Assembly (NCBI GenBank): GCA_026770705.1
Contig: JANJGN010000031.1
Span: 1,550,001-1,614,000 of the forward strand
DNA: 64,000 nucleotides
Direction of reading: 5' to 3'
From: Isurus oxyrinchus
Taxonomy: Eukaryota
The number at the start of each line of letters is the position of its first letter. Positions within the stretch are counted from its first letter, which is position 1. Position numbers and translations under genes: made by a program. Shown in pieces: positions 49,193 to 62,648 of the stretch. Under the pieces are notes generated by a model. It did not search any database and was not told the origin of the DNA. It saw nothing but the letters and a program-made list of their open reading frames with translations.

Positions 49193-51084
49193 TTATATCA
49201 GGTTTTTTTGCAATCAGAACTAGGCTGTTGAGTTATGATATCAAGAAGCATTTATTCACACAAACAAATCTGTAACACTTGCCCCAATGATCACTGGATG
49301 ACTTGGAGGGTCATTTGAAGATTTAAGACCGAAATTGATAGTTTTTTGTTGGGTAAATGTATGAATGGTGACAAGGCAGATAATTGAAATTAAGATACAG
49401 AACAGCTGGAATCTAATTGAATTGTCTGGCAGGTACGAAAGACTCCCGATTTTTCTTGAGTTCTCTACTTGAAGGCAGGTCCGACCCACAGCCTCCACCA
49501 CAGGTGGGGCTAGGAAGCAGGCCACGAATTCACCCTATCCAGAATGGGGATCAAACCCCGTCGCTGTTAGCACCAAACTGATCCACACTAGCCATCCAGC
49601 TACTTCAACATGTATGTTGGAGCCTGGAATCTCCGACATTCCAAAACATTGCTAACCAGGAATATCTCCCGCTCCCACTGCCTGCCATTTGCGTGTGTTG
49701 GAAGGACTTCTACGTTGACACTCAACCTGTTTGGCTGCATTACGAATGTACCTTCCACGGGCATCGAGCCCTATAGTGGGGGATGAAGATAGAGCTTCTG
49801 ACTCAGAGGCAGGGTCACTACTCGCTGCGCCACAAGACCGCCTCCTGAGCTTCGATTCCTGTTAAACCAACATGTCAGGCACCAGGGTCTGGCAACAGCT
49901 TCGATCGCCTCCTGCTGTCCACTTGGAGAAAGAAACCCGGTGCCTGGAAACACTGGACGTTATATTGTTCTCTTTGTCTCTTTATTTCTTTCTTCATTTG
50001 TCAAAGCCTTTCTCTTACTTGCTGTTTCATTATTTTCTGCGTCACTTCTTTCTTCCTGTCTTTAGTTTCATTTATTTCTCAATTCTGACTCTTACATTTT
50101 TTTAAACCCTGAAACAGGACGATGAGACTGGGCATGGCCTATGACGTGTTTATTACTTTCTCTGCTCCTGTCTACCTATCCTTCTTATTTTCATTTTTTC
50201 ATTCGCCCTTTCCTCGGGTTGGCCACTTTATTTTCTATTTTCCATTTTTCAACCTTTTGTAATGAACAGAGTTTGTAAACACATTCCTGCTGCAGATCGA
50301 AAGCCCATCTCTGTGACTCCCGGTCCGCCCTTTATTTACCCGCCAATAAGAACAGCGTAAAAATGCTGAAAGAAGCAAGAAGCCAGAGTCCATCTCCCCC
50401 TCCCCACGGTTCCCATGTCTGTCCCTACTCAGGGGTCAGTTCACTAACTCCACTGATTAATCCCATAAAGGCATTTTACTGCCCCTCACTGTACCAGCAT
50501 GGACTGTATCACACAGAAACAGACCAGTCAATCCAACAGCCTCGTGCTACTGTTTAAAGAGCGGCTTTAATCCTCTCCTCCCATGCTAACTGATTTCAAC
50601 CCTTCAACACACCCTTCACCATTCATCTGTTTATCCAGCTTCCCCTGAAATCCATCTCTGCTCTTCGCCCCATGGTTCCAGAATCTCGCCTCTCTGGGAA
50701 AATTAGGTTTCTCCTGAAAGCCCGATGGGATATATTGTATTATTAATCATCTCATATTGATGACCCCTAGTTCTGGTCACGCCTGCAAGTGAAAATATCT
50801 CCTGTCCATCTCCTTGTTGAACCGCCTTCCATCATGTTAAATTCCTCTATCAGGATAGCAGCCATTCTGGTGGAAACAGTTCCAGTCTCTTCCGTCTTTC
50901 CCGATAGTAACAGCCGCTCAGTTGCTTGTAAATTTGTCTGTGCACCTTTTCCACAGCTTCTATACCTGACATTCAACCCAACTGATCTCGTGTTCTTCCC
51001 AAAACTGCCTTCACTTTGGTAAAGAGAAACAAGAGGCGGCATCGCCTTGTCTCCTCATTCACAGCTGTTTCCTGCCGCCTTTGG

Positions 51085-51123
51085 GTGTTTTGTTGAGCTG
51101 CTCCATCTCTCTGAGTCACTGTG
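51085..51123 (-). other. 23-RSS of V type A copy 3
   Basis: CACAGTG-23 nt-ACAAAACAC. Confidence 0.92.
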
Positions 51124-51645
51124 AAGACTCCGGGGGCAGTAATACACGGCCGAGTTATCCGCCCGCAGGCTGGGGGACTCCAGCATGAACTCGGAGTCTC
51201 TTGGTCTCTGGGCGGTGAAACCGTCCACCGGCCCCTCTGGATTTACAATACTGGTGCCTCTGGAGTAAAATAGAAACTGCAGCTCCTTCCCTGGGTCCTG
51301 TCTGTACCAGAACATGTCAGGGTTACTGCTCCCTTCCACAATGCACTCCAGTTCCATTTCATCCCCGGGAAATCCGGAGACAGCAGCGGGAGTCTGGCGG
51401 ATAGTCTGTGACTTCACACATGGGAAGGAAAGGAGAGCGGAAGCCGTCAGTAAAGAGGGTAAATTGGGTGTTGGGGAAACAAAGGAAGGAAAGAGACAAA
51501 CGTAGAGAAATAGAAAGAAAGACCAGAAGGAGAGAGAGCAAGGGAAGGTCAGAAAGTGGAGCGGAAAGCTGGATGCTGAATAGGAATTGTTGTCTGGAAA
51601 GTTCCTTACAGTGAAACATGATTAACGGAGCCAGCAACAGTACAT
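51124..51645 (-). pseudogene. TRBV: TCR beta V segment, type A copy 3 (pseudogene); leader 51610-51645, V exon 51124-51419
   Basis: Same lesions as copies 1 and 2. Confidence 0.9.
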
Positions 51646-51718
51646 CTTCCACCTCAGGTTCCCTTTGAACCAATCTTTATTCCTGGTAAGAAAACACTGC
51701 AAATACAATGCTCCTCCT

Positions 51719-51860
51719 GGCTTGGCCTAAATAGCCAAGTGGTTATGATACTGGGTTTGTAACCCCAAGATCAAGAGTTCAAATCTCACAATGGCACACT
51801 ATGAAACAATGTAACTTCATCTGAAACAGATGGAAATGGGTTTGTGCTCGAAAGAGTTAT
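51719..51860 (+). mobile_element. tRNA-derived short SINE in the type A promoter, copy 3
   Basis: TSD AATGCTCCTCCT; A-box and B-box present. Confidence 0.75.
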
Positions 51861-54075
51861 AATGCTCCTCCTCCTCCTCGCTCTGATTGGTAGCCCAGCC
51901 CCTCCCATTCAGACTGACAGCCCCGCCTTTTCCAGTTTCAGCCCCGCCCCTCACTCCCTGCTTGGATTATGTAGAGCTGCGGGCAACAGGAAGTTGCACA
52001 TAGGAGGTGCGGGGGGGCGCTGTTAGTGGACAGGACAAAACTGGAGGGATCACAACTCAGATTCACCAGGACAATGCTGGGGTTTAGAGGGGTAAATTAA
52101 GAAGACAGGCTGCAGAAACTTTGCTGCATTCTCCTGAATTTAGAATAGTGAGGGGCGCTTTAATTGAACAGCTCAAACTGGAAAAGCAAAATTGAGGGTG
52201 TTTGATAGAAACTTTTCTCTCTGCTGGGAGGACTGCCCAACAAAGTGGAATAACCTTAAAATTAGAGTTCGGAATGAGAGGTGAGTTTATTGATGCATAG
52301 AAGGGTCTGAGGTTGGCTTGACAGGGCAGATACTGTTCTTCATGGGGGAATCTAGAACTAGGAGCAGTTTCAAAAAAAAAGGGTTGCCCGTTTGAAGGAG
52401 ATGAAGAGGAATCTCTTTGAAAACTGTGAATATTTGGAATTCTCTATACCAGAGAGCAGTGGAGGCTGGGTCATTGAATATATTCAAGGCTGAGCTAGAG
52501 TTTTGAATTATTAGGGAATCGGGGATAATGGATGGGGAAAGGCTGCAGACAAAGTGGATAAAGCTATAATGAGATCAGCCATGATCTTATTGAAAGGTGA
52601 AGCAGGCTCGTGGATTAACATAATGCATTAATTTTGGCACTAAATTTCTACTCAGTTAAAGGGCTTGTTAGTTCAGATAAGATTTTCCATTAGGATGAAT
52701 GTTTTAATATTTTTGTAATTCCAAAACATAAATTCTTTACAAAGAAATGAAAGCAATGTTTTCCTCCTTTTACTGTCCTTTGGAAAAATTGTTGAGCCCA
52801 CCACTTACTGAAAGGAAGCAGGGGATGTTTCTGTCTACCGACCAATCAGATGGTGTGATGAGAGTGATTTTCCCTTTGCCCTCTCACCCATTGCAATGTA
52901 GTTAAAATCAAGAACTTTGAAAGAATGAAGACAATCAAACTTTCAGTCCGGCTTTGCTTTTGAATTCAACTACAAGAAAAAAGCTTGTCTGTCGGGTTAC
53001 CCCTTCCTACCTCTAGATTCTGATCATTCCCTTCTGTGGTTATTTTTGTTTCTCTGTTGTGCACATTCTGTGCCCCCTCACCCTCGCCGTACCAGCTTCT
53101 ATTGTCAGCATTTTGAAAAATTTTCTCCTAAGCTGCTAATACACCATCTCACAAACTGTTCCCTCCCTGCTTCCTCTTTGCTTTGCAATCAGAACGTACA
53201 GGATTGTTTCTAACTCTTCAACTTCTAATTCCCCAGGCACATGAAGCTATGCAACTACTGTAATTTAACCAACTGTTGATGATCTTTGAAACCTATCATT
53301 TATTATTAACTGCAGTGTGCTCCACACTCTACAATCTTCAAACTAAACTGCGATTGGTGAAATATGGCTGTTTATCACTGAGAAATACTGCTTGACAATT
53401 TCTGTAACCTGAAGGGGTACAGAACCAATCCCCCTCCAGTAGGTTGTGTGCAAGTTGGTCATCTTATATACTGAATGGTGATGCACTAATCTATGAGTTC
53501 CTGCAACTGTAAATATCAGTTTTTCAAACCTTTTTTAAGCCAAAGCTTCAGCTATCCAACTTCCCCTCTCCATATGAAATAAAACTGAAAATATTGGACC
53601 TGCAACAGTGAAAGCAAGGATCGTAAAAATCACAAGTAAAAAACCAGTGGGGAAAACGAAAGTATTACAGAGCCAAGAAAATTAAAGCATCGAAAATATA
53701 TGAATAATCATACAGGGGATTGAAAAGACCCATTTAGAATAGGATAAAACAGAATAAAAGAGAAGCTGAGATTCAGCAGGTAAAGAGAGGTTACCTAACA
53801 GCTAAAGGATGGAACCACTTAAAGATATTTCAAAGGGAATAGTTCCTCACTGATACCTTTTGGGTCTCCCTTCCTTTTCCTTTTGATGCATTTTATAAGT
53901 GGGTTTTCCTACTGTACCAGCTCCAATCGAAACAGCAACCTCCTTGTTTTCTATTGAATTGTTGACTGACTCGTTTATAGATTTCCAGCATTTTCTGTTT
54001 TTATTTCTAATTTCCAGCGTTTCTGCATTTCCCTTTTGATTTATGACTAATCAATCTCTGATAGCATTGTACACA

Positions 54076-57000
54076 GGGACAGAATTTTCCCAAACTTGCT
54101 CTAAATGCGGTAGCGGGTGGGTAAAACGTTGTTTTACCCACTGGCCACAATGGCAGCTTTACGCAGTATCGTCCCAAACCCGCCTCCTTATTTATGCACT
54201 CCTGGGAAACACGCTGTTTCCATGGCGAGCAGATTCTCATTCACCGCCCGCCATCACCCCGCTGCTGCATCACCCCGGGTGCCATATTTAAAGTCCAGCC
54301 ACAAGCACACATCCCAGTGCTTCCAGCTCACCACTGCTGCTCCAAAGACATGGCCCTGAAAGTGAAAATGACTGCAGCCCCCAGGTTCAGCGACACGCCC
54401 CTTGATCACCTTTTGGATGCCATGGAGGCTCGTCGTGATGTCCTCTACACCCGCTGTGGCCGCAGGATGGGCAGCAACCGCACTAATCCAGCGAGGTGGC
54501 AGCGGTGGTCAGTGCCAACACCCTGCAAAACAGCACAGCCACCCACTGCCGCAAGAGGATGAATGATCTCCTCCATCCCACCAGGGTAAGTCACCCTTCT
54601 CATCGCTCCCAACTCACACACTCACAGACCCATCACACACCCACAGGGCCCTCACTCACTGGCGATTGAAGGGACATCACAATTCACTCTCTCACTCTCA
54701 CCATCATTGTCCTCATCTCATCCATGGGACCACTCATCACCCACACATGCCAGGTACCTTTATCATCTGGCCCAGCAGGCATCCTGCTTACACTCTCTCC
54801 ATCTCAATGCATGCAGGACAAGCTGGCACACAACGAAAAGGAGAGGTCACAGACTGGTGGAGGAATGTCTGAAATCAAGGTCCTCACAGACTTTGAAAAC
54901 AGCCATCCAGCTGGTCGGTGAGGATCTGGACTGTTCCTGTGCTGATGGTGAGGTCGGCGCGGCTCTACCAAGTGAGGATCCAGCAGTGCAACATCCATCA
55001 GACAACCATGCTCTGAGTGATGTGTCCTGCTTCACAGGCCGCTGCCATGCACTAATTATCACCCCTTGCTTCCACAGGCACATCTGCCAAATGACTGACA
55101 GAGTCCATGACCCAGGGCCTCCAATCAAACCCCAAAGAAACCTCTGAAGAGGAATCTGAAGGCACCCTCCCTAAAGCCCTGTCACAGCTCACCTACACCC
55201 TCCACCAGTGCAGAGACACACACCTCAGTGGGACCTAGCTGTAGAGTTGCCTTGGGACCACAATCTGGTGAGCACGTTGCACTGTCTAATCCACAGCAGG
55301 CAGAGGCAGGAACTTCCCAGGTCCCCGGCACTCGGAGGACTGCTGGAGGCCAGCACCTTGCTGAGCCCGAGTCAGATGATGAGTCTCTGGACTTAGTCAT
55401 GTCACAGTTGCTGGAGCTGCAAAGGCAAGCTCGAGAACATCAGGAAGGGATGTCCACTGCACTCCTCAGATTGCAAGGCACGATGGAGGAGTCTGTCCGC
55501 CTTCACTCTGGACCAAGGTCAACACTGGCAGGATGGCAGCTGCCATGGAGACCTTGGTCCAGATGTCACTCCTGCACTGCTGCACTGATGTCATAGTTGG
55601 CCTCCTAAAGTGTGTACATGAGCGGGGTGCTGTGCAACATGATCTCACTCCAGCTGCCCTTTCTCCTCAAGGAGTCAGCCAGGGACCCTCTGGCACCCAT
55701 AGGGAGGAGGCCTATCCACCAGCTGACTCTGGGAGTGACTGATCCATCCAACTCCCCTCTTACTGTGACCTCAGCAGCTTCAGCTCCACAGGCCGAGGAG
55801 GGAGCCATTGCCACACAGCAGGACCCCAAAAGCAGGCCGGGGCCCTCCAAGTCTCAGCCCTCCAGAGCACGCCCACCAGAAGTCACCACAGACAGGGCAT
55901 AGCAGTCAGCAGGCTGCCCCCACCTCCACTGTGGATGTCCAGGGAGCATCAAGACGTAGTGGCAGGGTTAGGGGACAGTTAAGGAGAACTAGTTGCACAG
56001 CCTGGGCACAAGTGTTAATCACTCATATATAATGTTCACTTTTGTCAATAAACTCCCAAGAATGTCTCCCAGCCTATGGCTCCTTGCTCTGATGAGCAGG
56101 GTTCATGTCACTCAGATGTGAAATCTTTCTGCACAAGGTAAAGGCAGGTGTCTCAGTCCAGGGCCTCTTCCCTGTGTCTGTGCAGCCTTCAGACCAAAGT
56201 GATTGTCTAGCCTCACACTCTCTGGAAACATTACTGATGCCTGCACCTCAGTGGTGCTGGTCATTGCTGCCAGAATGTAGTGAGCAGGCACCATAGAGTT
56301 CTCTCATTCTCTCTGTGTGCTCTCAGCACCTTTAAGGTGCGGCTGGCCCCCATCTCTTCAATACTTGTGACCACTGATGCTGTGCTCCAGCTCCTGAAGG
56401 GCTCAGGTGCTGAGGGTGGACAAAGGATCATATGTTTCTAAAGTTTCATTGCTGCACCTCTATGATATGATCCTGATAACATAACGTAAGCGAGCTGCCC
56501 TCAGCCAGACAGGAGTCAGACATTCTCAGAGGCTATGTGATGATTTATGGAGTGTCTTCACTGTGTGCTGTAATCATCGTCCTGCAACTGAGTGACTATT
56601 AGGGCCTCCACTGCATCTCCATGACAGGAGCATTATCACAGAGGGTATTGGCATTGCCAATACATTACATAATGTCGTCAAACATTCACAAATGCGATGT
56701 GAGGAACTATGGGGTCTCTCCAATGCATATCATCATCATCCTCCACAAATCTATCAGCTGTGAGAGCCTCATCCCCGTTGTTATTTGTCTCTGAGGACCC
56801 CCTCACCCTCATCCCTGTCGGTGTCCTCCTCATCCAAGGAGACCTCCAGCTCCTCCATCTCCTCCTCTCAATCTCGTATCACCTTTGAAGCACCAGGTTA
56901 TAAAGGACGCAGCAGACGATGATGATGCATGACACCCTCTGTGGACTGTATTGCAGGGCTCCACCAGCACTGGAACCTCACTTTCAGCATCCCAATGGTC

Positions 57001-58170
57001 TGCTCCACCAAGTTGCGAGCAGCTACATGAGCCTCATTACAGTGTCGCTCTGCTGCAGTCTGAGGCCGCCACACGGGTGTCATCAGCCACGGCCTCTGTG
57101 AGCAGCCCTTGTCCCTGAGCAGCCATCCCTGCAGCCTCTGTGGACCCTGGAAGACTCCAGGGATCTGTGACCGACTGAGGGTGTAGGAAACTGTGCGCAC
57201 ACCTGCAGGATGCATTTCTGGTGGTCGCACACTAGCTGCACATTCAGCCAATGGAACCCCCTGCAGTTGATGTAGTTCACCTTGTGTTGTGATGGAGACC
57301 TGAGCACCACATGAGTGCAGTCGATCGCACCCTACACCCGTGGGAAACCTGAGATCTGGGTGAATCCAATTGTTCATGCATCCTGGCTGTCTTAGTCCTG
57401 GGAAAAATGCACAAAGTTGTGTTGCCCTTGCAAAGCTGGCATCCATGACCTCATGGATGCATTTGTGGGTGAAAAGTTGAGAGATCCCACAGGGGTCACC
57501 TGTGAGCCTTGAAAGGAGCCATTGGTGTAGAAATTGAGCATCCCAGTCACTTTCACAGCCGCTAGCAGTGGATACCCTCCATGTCCCAATGGCATCAAAT
57601 CCTGCAGTAACTGGCAGATGTGAGTGACCAGTGCCCTAGACATGCAAAGTCTTTGGCGACACTCGTTCTCGGTCTTCTGCAGGAATTAAATATGGTGTCT
57701 ATAGACCCTGGGTGTCGCTAAATACTGACCTGCGATGGTTCACTGTGCCTCTTGACTGGCATGTGCGGGAGCCCCAACTGCCCCTTCTTCCTCAGGTTGC
57801 CGCTCCTGACTCTGTGGAGTCAGGGGCCTCAGTCGCTCTCTGCTCCATCATCTTCATGGTCTCTAGACTATCAGGCCTAGTTCACCATGCTCCATGATCC
57901 TGATGTACTGCTCCTGCGAGATGAAAGAGAAAGACACGTGGTTAGCATGGGTGTACTGAGAACCTGTCCTGTGTGACAGCCCCTTAACGCTTCCTGGAGA
58001 GAGTTGGCCACTATTTGGATGGCCAGAGATTAGTGGGCTGCATAGCTGCCCTGTTAGCTTGAACCATGGGGGAGACTGGTCCAAACTGGGATGCTGACAT
58101 TGCAAGAGGGCGTGAGCACCTCCAGCAGTGACTTCCCCATGGCCAGTTTTTGTTGGGAGACTGCATAATC
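54076..58170. mobile_element. PIF/Harbinger transposon copy 3, the longest (Myb-like gene ~54350-55992 +; transposase ~56730-57897 -)
   Basis: Continues past 57453 into the transposase N-terminal region (MSRALVTHICQLLQDL..LLAAVKVTGMLNFYTNGSFQ). The right TIR is not seen. Confidence 0.82.
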
Positions 58171-58173
58171 TTT

Positions 58174-58722
58174 GCTGGAGGAACAGCACCTCATCTTCCG
58201 ACTTGGCACTTTACAGCCTTCCGGACTGAATATTGAGTTCAACAATTTTAAATCATGAACTCTCTCCTCCATCCCCACCCCCTTTCCCATCCCCCCCCCC
58301 TCTTTTTTCCAATAATTATTATAGATTTTTCTTTTCCATTATTTTTCAATGTATTTCCATCCATTGTTTTATCTCTACCTTTTAGCCTTTTTCGATTCCT
58401 TCACCCCACCACCACTAGGGCTATCTGTACCTTGCTTGTCCTGCTTTCTACCCGTCATTAGCACATTCCTTAGATAATATCACCACCTTCAACACCTCTT
58501 TGTCCTTTTGTCTGTGACATCATTTGGTTATCTCCACCTATCACTGACCCTCTGTCCAGCTCTACTTGTCCCCCCCCCCCTTAAACCAGCTTATATTTCA
58601 CCTCTCTTCTATTTTTACTTAGTTCTGTTGAAGAGTCATGCGGACTCAAAACGTTAACTGTATTCCTCTCTGCAGATGCTCCAGACCTGCTGAGTTTTTC
58701 CAGGTATTTTTATTTTTGTTTT
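58174..58722 (+). mobile_element. Neptune-type PLE 3' fragment with pLTR and a decayed hammerhead motif (~58621-58659)
   Basis: LEEQHLIFRLGTLQPSGLNIEFNNFKS* followed by a 3' UTR homologous to 25345-25900. Confidence 0.8.
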
Positions 58723-59767
58723 ATACATATCTGTAAACCTGACAAGGGGACTGGAATAATCATCCTTAACAAGTGTGACTATATCAACAAAATACACACC
58801 ATTCTTAACCTGACAGCCCTGCTCGAAAGAAACTTACAGAAATGCTTTTTGGATTTGTGTAAGAGTAACGAGCTGCCAGGTGGGTGATATATATGATAGG
58901 ATTTGTCATCAAGGCTCACTGCATCCACCTATGTATGGGCTGCCCAAGGCAAATGGAAGTTATCTCCCTTTATGCCCTATCTTATCCATATCTGGTTCTG
59001 CACAAAATTAACTGTTCAAATGGTTGGATAAGTTGCTACAAGTGGTTCTGAGCAAGTTTTCCACATACCCAGTGAAGGATTCCTTCACCTTTGCGAAGGC
59101 CACACAGGACTGGCATATCAGTAGCAATGCCATGTCCATGTGCTGGTTCGATATTGCCAGCCTATTCACAAATGTACCATTCAAGGAAGCCATTGACATT
59201 TTCACTGCATCACTGTATCATGATGATCTAGATGCACTGCAGTGTATGACTATATATTATATACATAATATATATACTATCTTATGAACTCAGCAGCTTG
59301 TGCAGTTGAGTTCGGTTTTACAACACTACGTATGCCCAAATAGATGGCATTGGGATCCTCTCTAGGCCCAGCTCTCGCAAACCTCTTTGTTGGTTTCCAC
59401 AGGAAACACATCTTCAGTGGAATTATAGCTAACCTCCTTCCCCCTGCATCTTTCCAATGTGTGGATGATACATTTGCTATGTTTGAATCTGCAGCTGTGA
59501 GTAAGAATTTCCTTATGCATCTTAATGGGCTCCATCCTGTGCTCAAATTCACTGTTGAAATGAGCTCCCTTCCCTTGACATGTGAGTTGAGAAATCTGCC
59601 AATAGGCTCTCTACTACTGTACAAGTTGGTCAATATAAGCTGGTGAATATAAGCATTGGGATTCTTACAGTTGCACACACTATAAGATTGGCCTTATCAG
59701 CAACCTCTTTAATAGGGCCCGAGCCATTTGATCACTGTGCAAGCTTGACGCTGAAATAGGTGCATCA

Positions 59768-60739
59768 TAGAAACATAGAAACTAGGAGCAGGAGTAGATC
59801 ATTCGGCCCTTCGAGCCTGCTTTACTATTCAATGTGATCATGGCTGATCGTCTATCTCAATGGCCGCTCCCGCTCTCTCCCCATACTCCTTGATGCCTTT
59901 AGAGTCCTGAAATCTATCTATTTCCTTCTTAAATATATTCAGTGACTTGGCTTCCACAGCTTCTGTGGTAGAGAGTTTCACAAGTTCACCACCCTGAGTG
60001 AAGACATTTCTCCTCATTTTGGTCTTAAATGGTTTGTCCCATATCCTGAGACTGTGACCCCTTGTTCTAGACACCGCCAACAACCCCACCCCCCCCACCG
60101 CCCCCACCACCACCCCCTCCCCCCCACCACCCTCAGCCAGAGGAAATATCCTCCCTGCATCCAGTCTGTCCATCCCTGTCAGAATTTTATATATTTCAAT
60201 GAGACGCTCTCTCATTCTTCTAAACTCCAGTGAATACAGGCCTAGTTGACCCAATCTGTCTCTCTTCTTACGACAATCCTGCCATCCCAGGAATCAGTCT
60301 GGTAAATCTTTACTGCACTCCCTCTATGGCAAGTAAATCCTTCCTTCGGTTAGGAGACCAAAACTGCACACAATACTCCAGGTGTGGGCTCACCAAGGCC
60401 CTGTACAGCTGCAATAAGACATCCTTGCTCCTGCACTCATGTCCTCTTGCAATGAAGGCCAACATACCATTTACTTTCTTAACTACTTGCTGCACCTGCA
60501 TGCTTGCTTTCAGTGATTGGTGTACAAGGACACCCAGGTCCCTTTGTACATCAACATCTCCCAATTTATCACCATTTCAATAATACTCTGTCATTCTGTT
60601 TTTCCTACCAAAATGGATAGCTTCACACTCATACACGTTATACTGCATCTAGTATGTATTTGCCCACTCACTCAATTTATCTAAATCATCTTGAAGCCTC
60701 TTAACATTCTCCTCAACACTTACATTCCCATCATTCTCA
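59768..60739 (-). mobile_element. CR1 LINE, 5'-truncated, nested inside the Poseidon-type PLE
   Basis: QRDLGVLV..LQLYRALVSPHLEYCVQFWSP and LGLYSLEFRRMR motifs; (TTTCTATG)n tail; possible TSD CATCA (59763-59767 / 60740-60744). Confidence 0.85.
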
Positions 60740-61608
60740 CATCAAAGCCATCCTGCAGGATATTGGCTTCCCTGATCTGATCACTGCTCACTATATCGAA
60801 CCAATTCATGAACGGGCCTAAGGCTGCCACATTCCATCCTGAAATGTACCCAGTCTACCTCAGATTACCCTGGAAGGGGAAGGTGCTCAAAAATTTGATT
60901 AACAGGTGAAGCCATTTGTTTCACGCTGCTACTATGCAGTAGCAACATGAGTGATATTTTCCATTAACAGGATGCTGCCATCAAGCCAAAAAGACATTCT
61001 GCTAATCACACAAATGAATAACCTGGTATATGAATTGCAGTTCTGGTGTGATGCCAGGTATGTAGGCCGTATGTTCCAATGACTTCTGGATCGTATCAAA
61101 CAGCACGTTCCTTTGGCTGTTCGTGACAGACAAAGTACTAACCATATCCAACCAGCCCATGCTTGCAAAACTGAAAACATAGTGTCCAACATTGGATGTG
61201 ATTCTGTGATTGAACAACACTTTCTAAACAATCCTGATTGTGCTAAGAATTACACTGACAACCAGTTTAAGATTATCAGTCATGCTTGCAGGGTGGTTCA
61301 CTTGCATATGCTAGAAGCTACATATATTCACACAGAGCCCTGCCATTGCAGACAGAAGGAGCATGTCTATGCATTGTACCTTTTTCAACTAAACAAAAGC
61401 TTGGGGGATAGCCTGGTTCACTGAACATGGCAATGCCTTGGCCAATCAGAGTTGACCTGCCTGGTTGACCTGCTTGCCAGTTAACTATTCCTTGGTGAAT
61501 TCCCCAAGGCAAAGCTTCTACCAATCAGAGTCAACTTGCTAATTAATCAGCACTCTGTTCTCATGCAGTATAAACTGTTCCCTGTTCAATTGGTATTCTT
61601 GCAAATCT

Positions 61609-61640
61609 GTCCTGATGAGTGCAAGATGAAAAGCTTCAAC
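61609..61640 (+). ncRNA. Hammerhead-like motif (decayed) of the Poseidon-type PLE; second copy at 61901-61932
   Basis: GUC-CUGAUGA-GUGCAAGAU-GAAA-AGCU-UC-AAC, with palindromic AAGCUU stem III. Confidence 0.55.
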
Positions 61641-62648
61641 ATCATGTCTCTTTTTTCAGTGACACTCAAGTTCTGTACTACCAAACTTCTATTTACATAC
61701 TTATATTCTTACACAAACTCCCCCAGCCCCCACCAACACCCTATCCAATCCCCAGTGATCTGCTTACTATATCTTTCATTTGCTTTTCCCCTCATATACT
61801 TGTTGAGCTTCCCCTCAGCTGTCCATTTGAATAGCTGACAAATAGAATATACTCGGCCAACAAAGATGGTGCTTCCTTTACAATTGGTATTCTTGCATCT
61901 GTCATGATGAGTGCAAGATGAAAAGCTTTGACAGCATGTCTCTTTTTCAGCAAAACTGAAGGGCATTAGTGAACCAGATGGGTTTTGCTGACAATTGATG
62001 ATAGTTTCTTGGTCTCCATTATGGAATCACAGAGTTCAGTAGAGGCCCTTCAGCCCATCGAGTCTGCATGAGACAGGCTTTCAATTCCAGATTTTATTAA
62101 TTGAATTTAACTCCCACCAATAGCAAGATGATGTTTCTCCTTTAAAAGTTAAAGGATGCCATTGAAAGATAGCTTCGATTACTGTTACAGGGGCCAAAAA
62201 GAGGACAAACTTTGACAGGACTAAAATTTGTGAGGTAAATTGCTCTGGATTTACAATGTCATGGGTGGGGTTCTAATTGTAAATGTGCCAGTTACATCTT
62301 CACAGTATTTTCTCAATCCTGTTTTTCTCCAAAAATAGTGACATTAACTTCCATGTTTCAGCACAAGCTAATTGCATCAAAGTAGAAATTTTAATCCTCA
62401 TCTTGTCGTCACATTTGTTAAACCATGATGTACATTATTGACAAAGAGAATCATTTGAATAATCTGCTTTGAGTTCCTTTCCTTCCTGTTCCTTTGTTTA
62501 AAGATTCGTTTTACAATTGCTTGTAACGGTGGTTTACATTTCCATGGTGGGATTTTTTCCTTGATGTGATTTTGTTTCTTAGACCATGAAGTCCCAACAT
62601 GTACAATTCTAATATTAATCTAAGCTGCTCGACTGGCTTCATGTGATA

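Larger units (their letters stand above)
34816..57453. repeat. Segmental tandem duplication unit (22638 bp), last unit on this side of the array
   Basis: Near-identical to 6362-34815 minus the PLE; followed by unique sequence. Confidence 0.93.
58723..61690 (+). mobile_element. Degenerate second Penelope-like element (Poseidon/Penelope type), interrupted by a CR1
   Basis: KPDKGTG, MYGLPK, FDIASLFTNVP, MALGSSLGPALANLFVG and CVDDTF RT remnants; YVGR..RIKQH and LEATYI GIY-YIG remnants; pLTR with CCAAT/TATAAA and a hammerhead-like motif. Confidence 0.75.

Noticed and set aside
42-51645. Immunoglobulin (IgH, IgL, IgNAR) V genes
   Set aside because: No exact ATGCAAAT octamer was seen near the leaders, there are no closely linked D/J segments as in shark Ig clusters, and the WYRQ/CAWS sequence is TRBV-like.
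1-57453. Repeat units as an assembly artefact (uncollapsed haplotypes)
   Set aside because: One segment is present in three distinguishable versions with private indels (e.g. an 18-bp deletion at ~4180, the PLE insertion), and there is a specific junction present twice. Read depth should still be checked.
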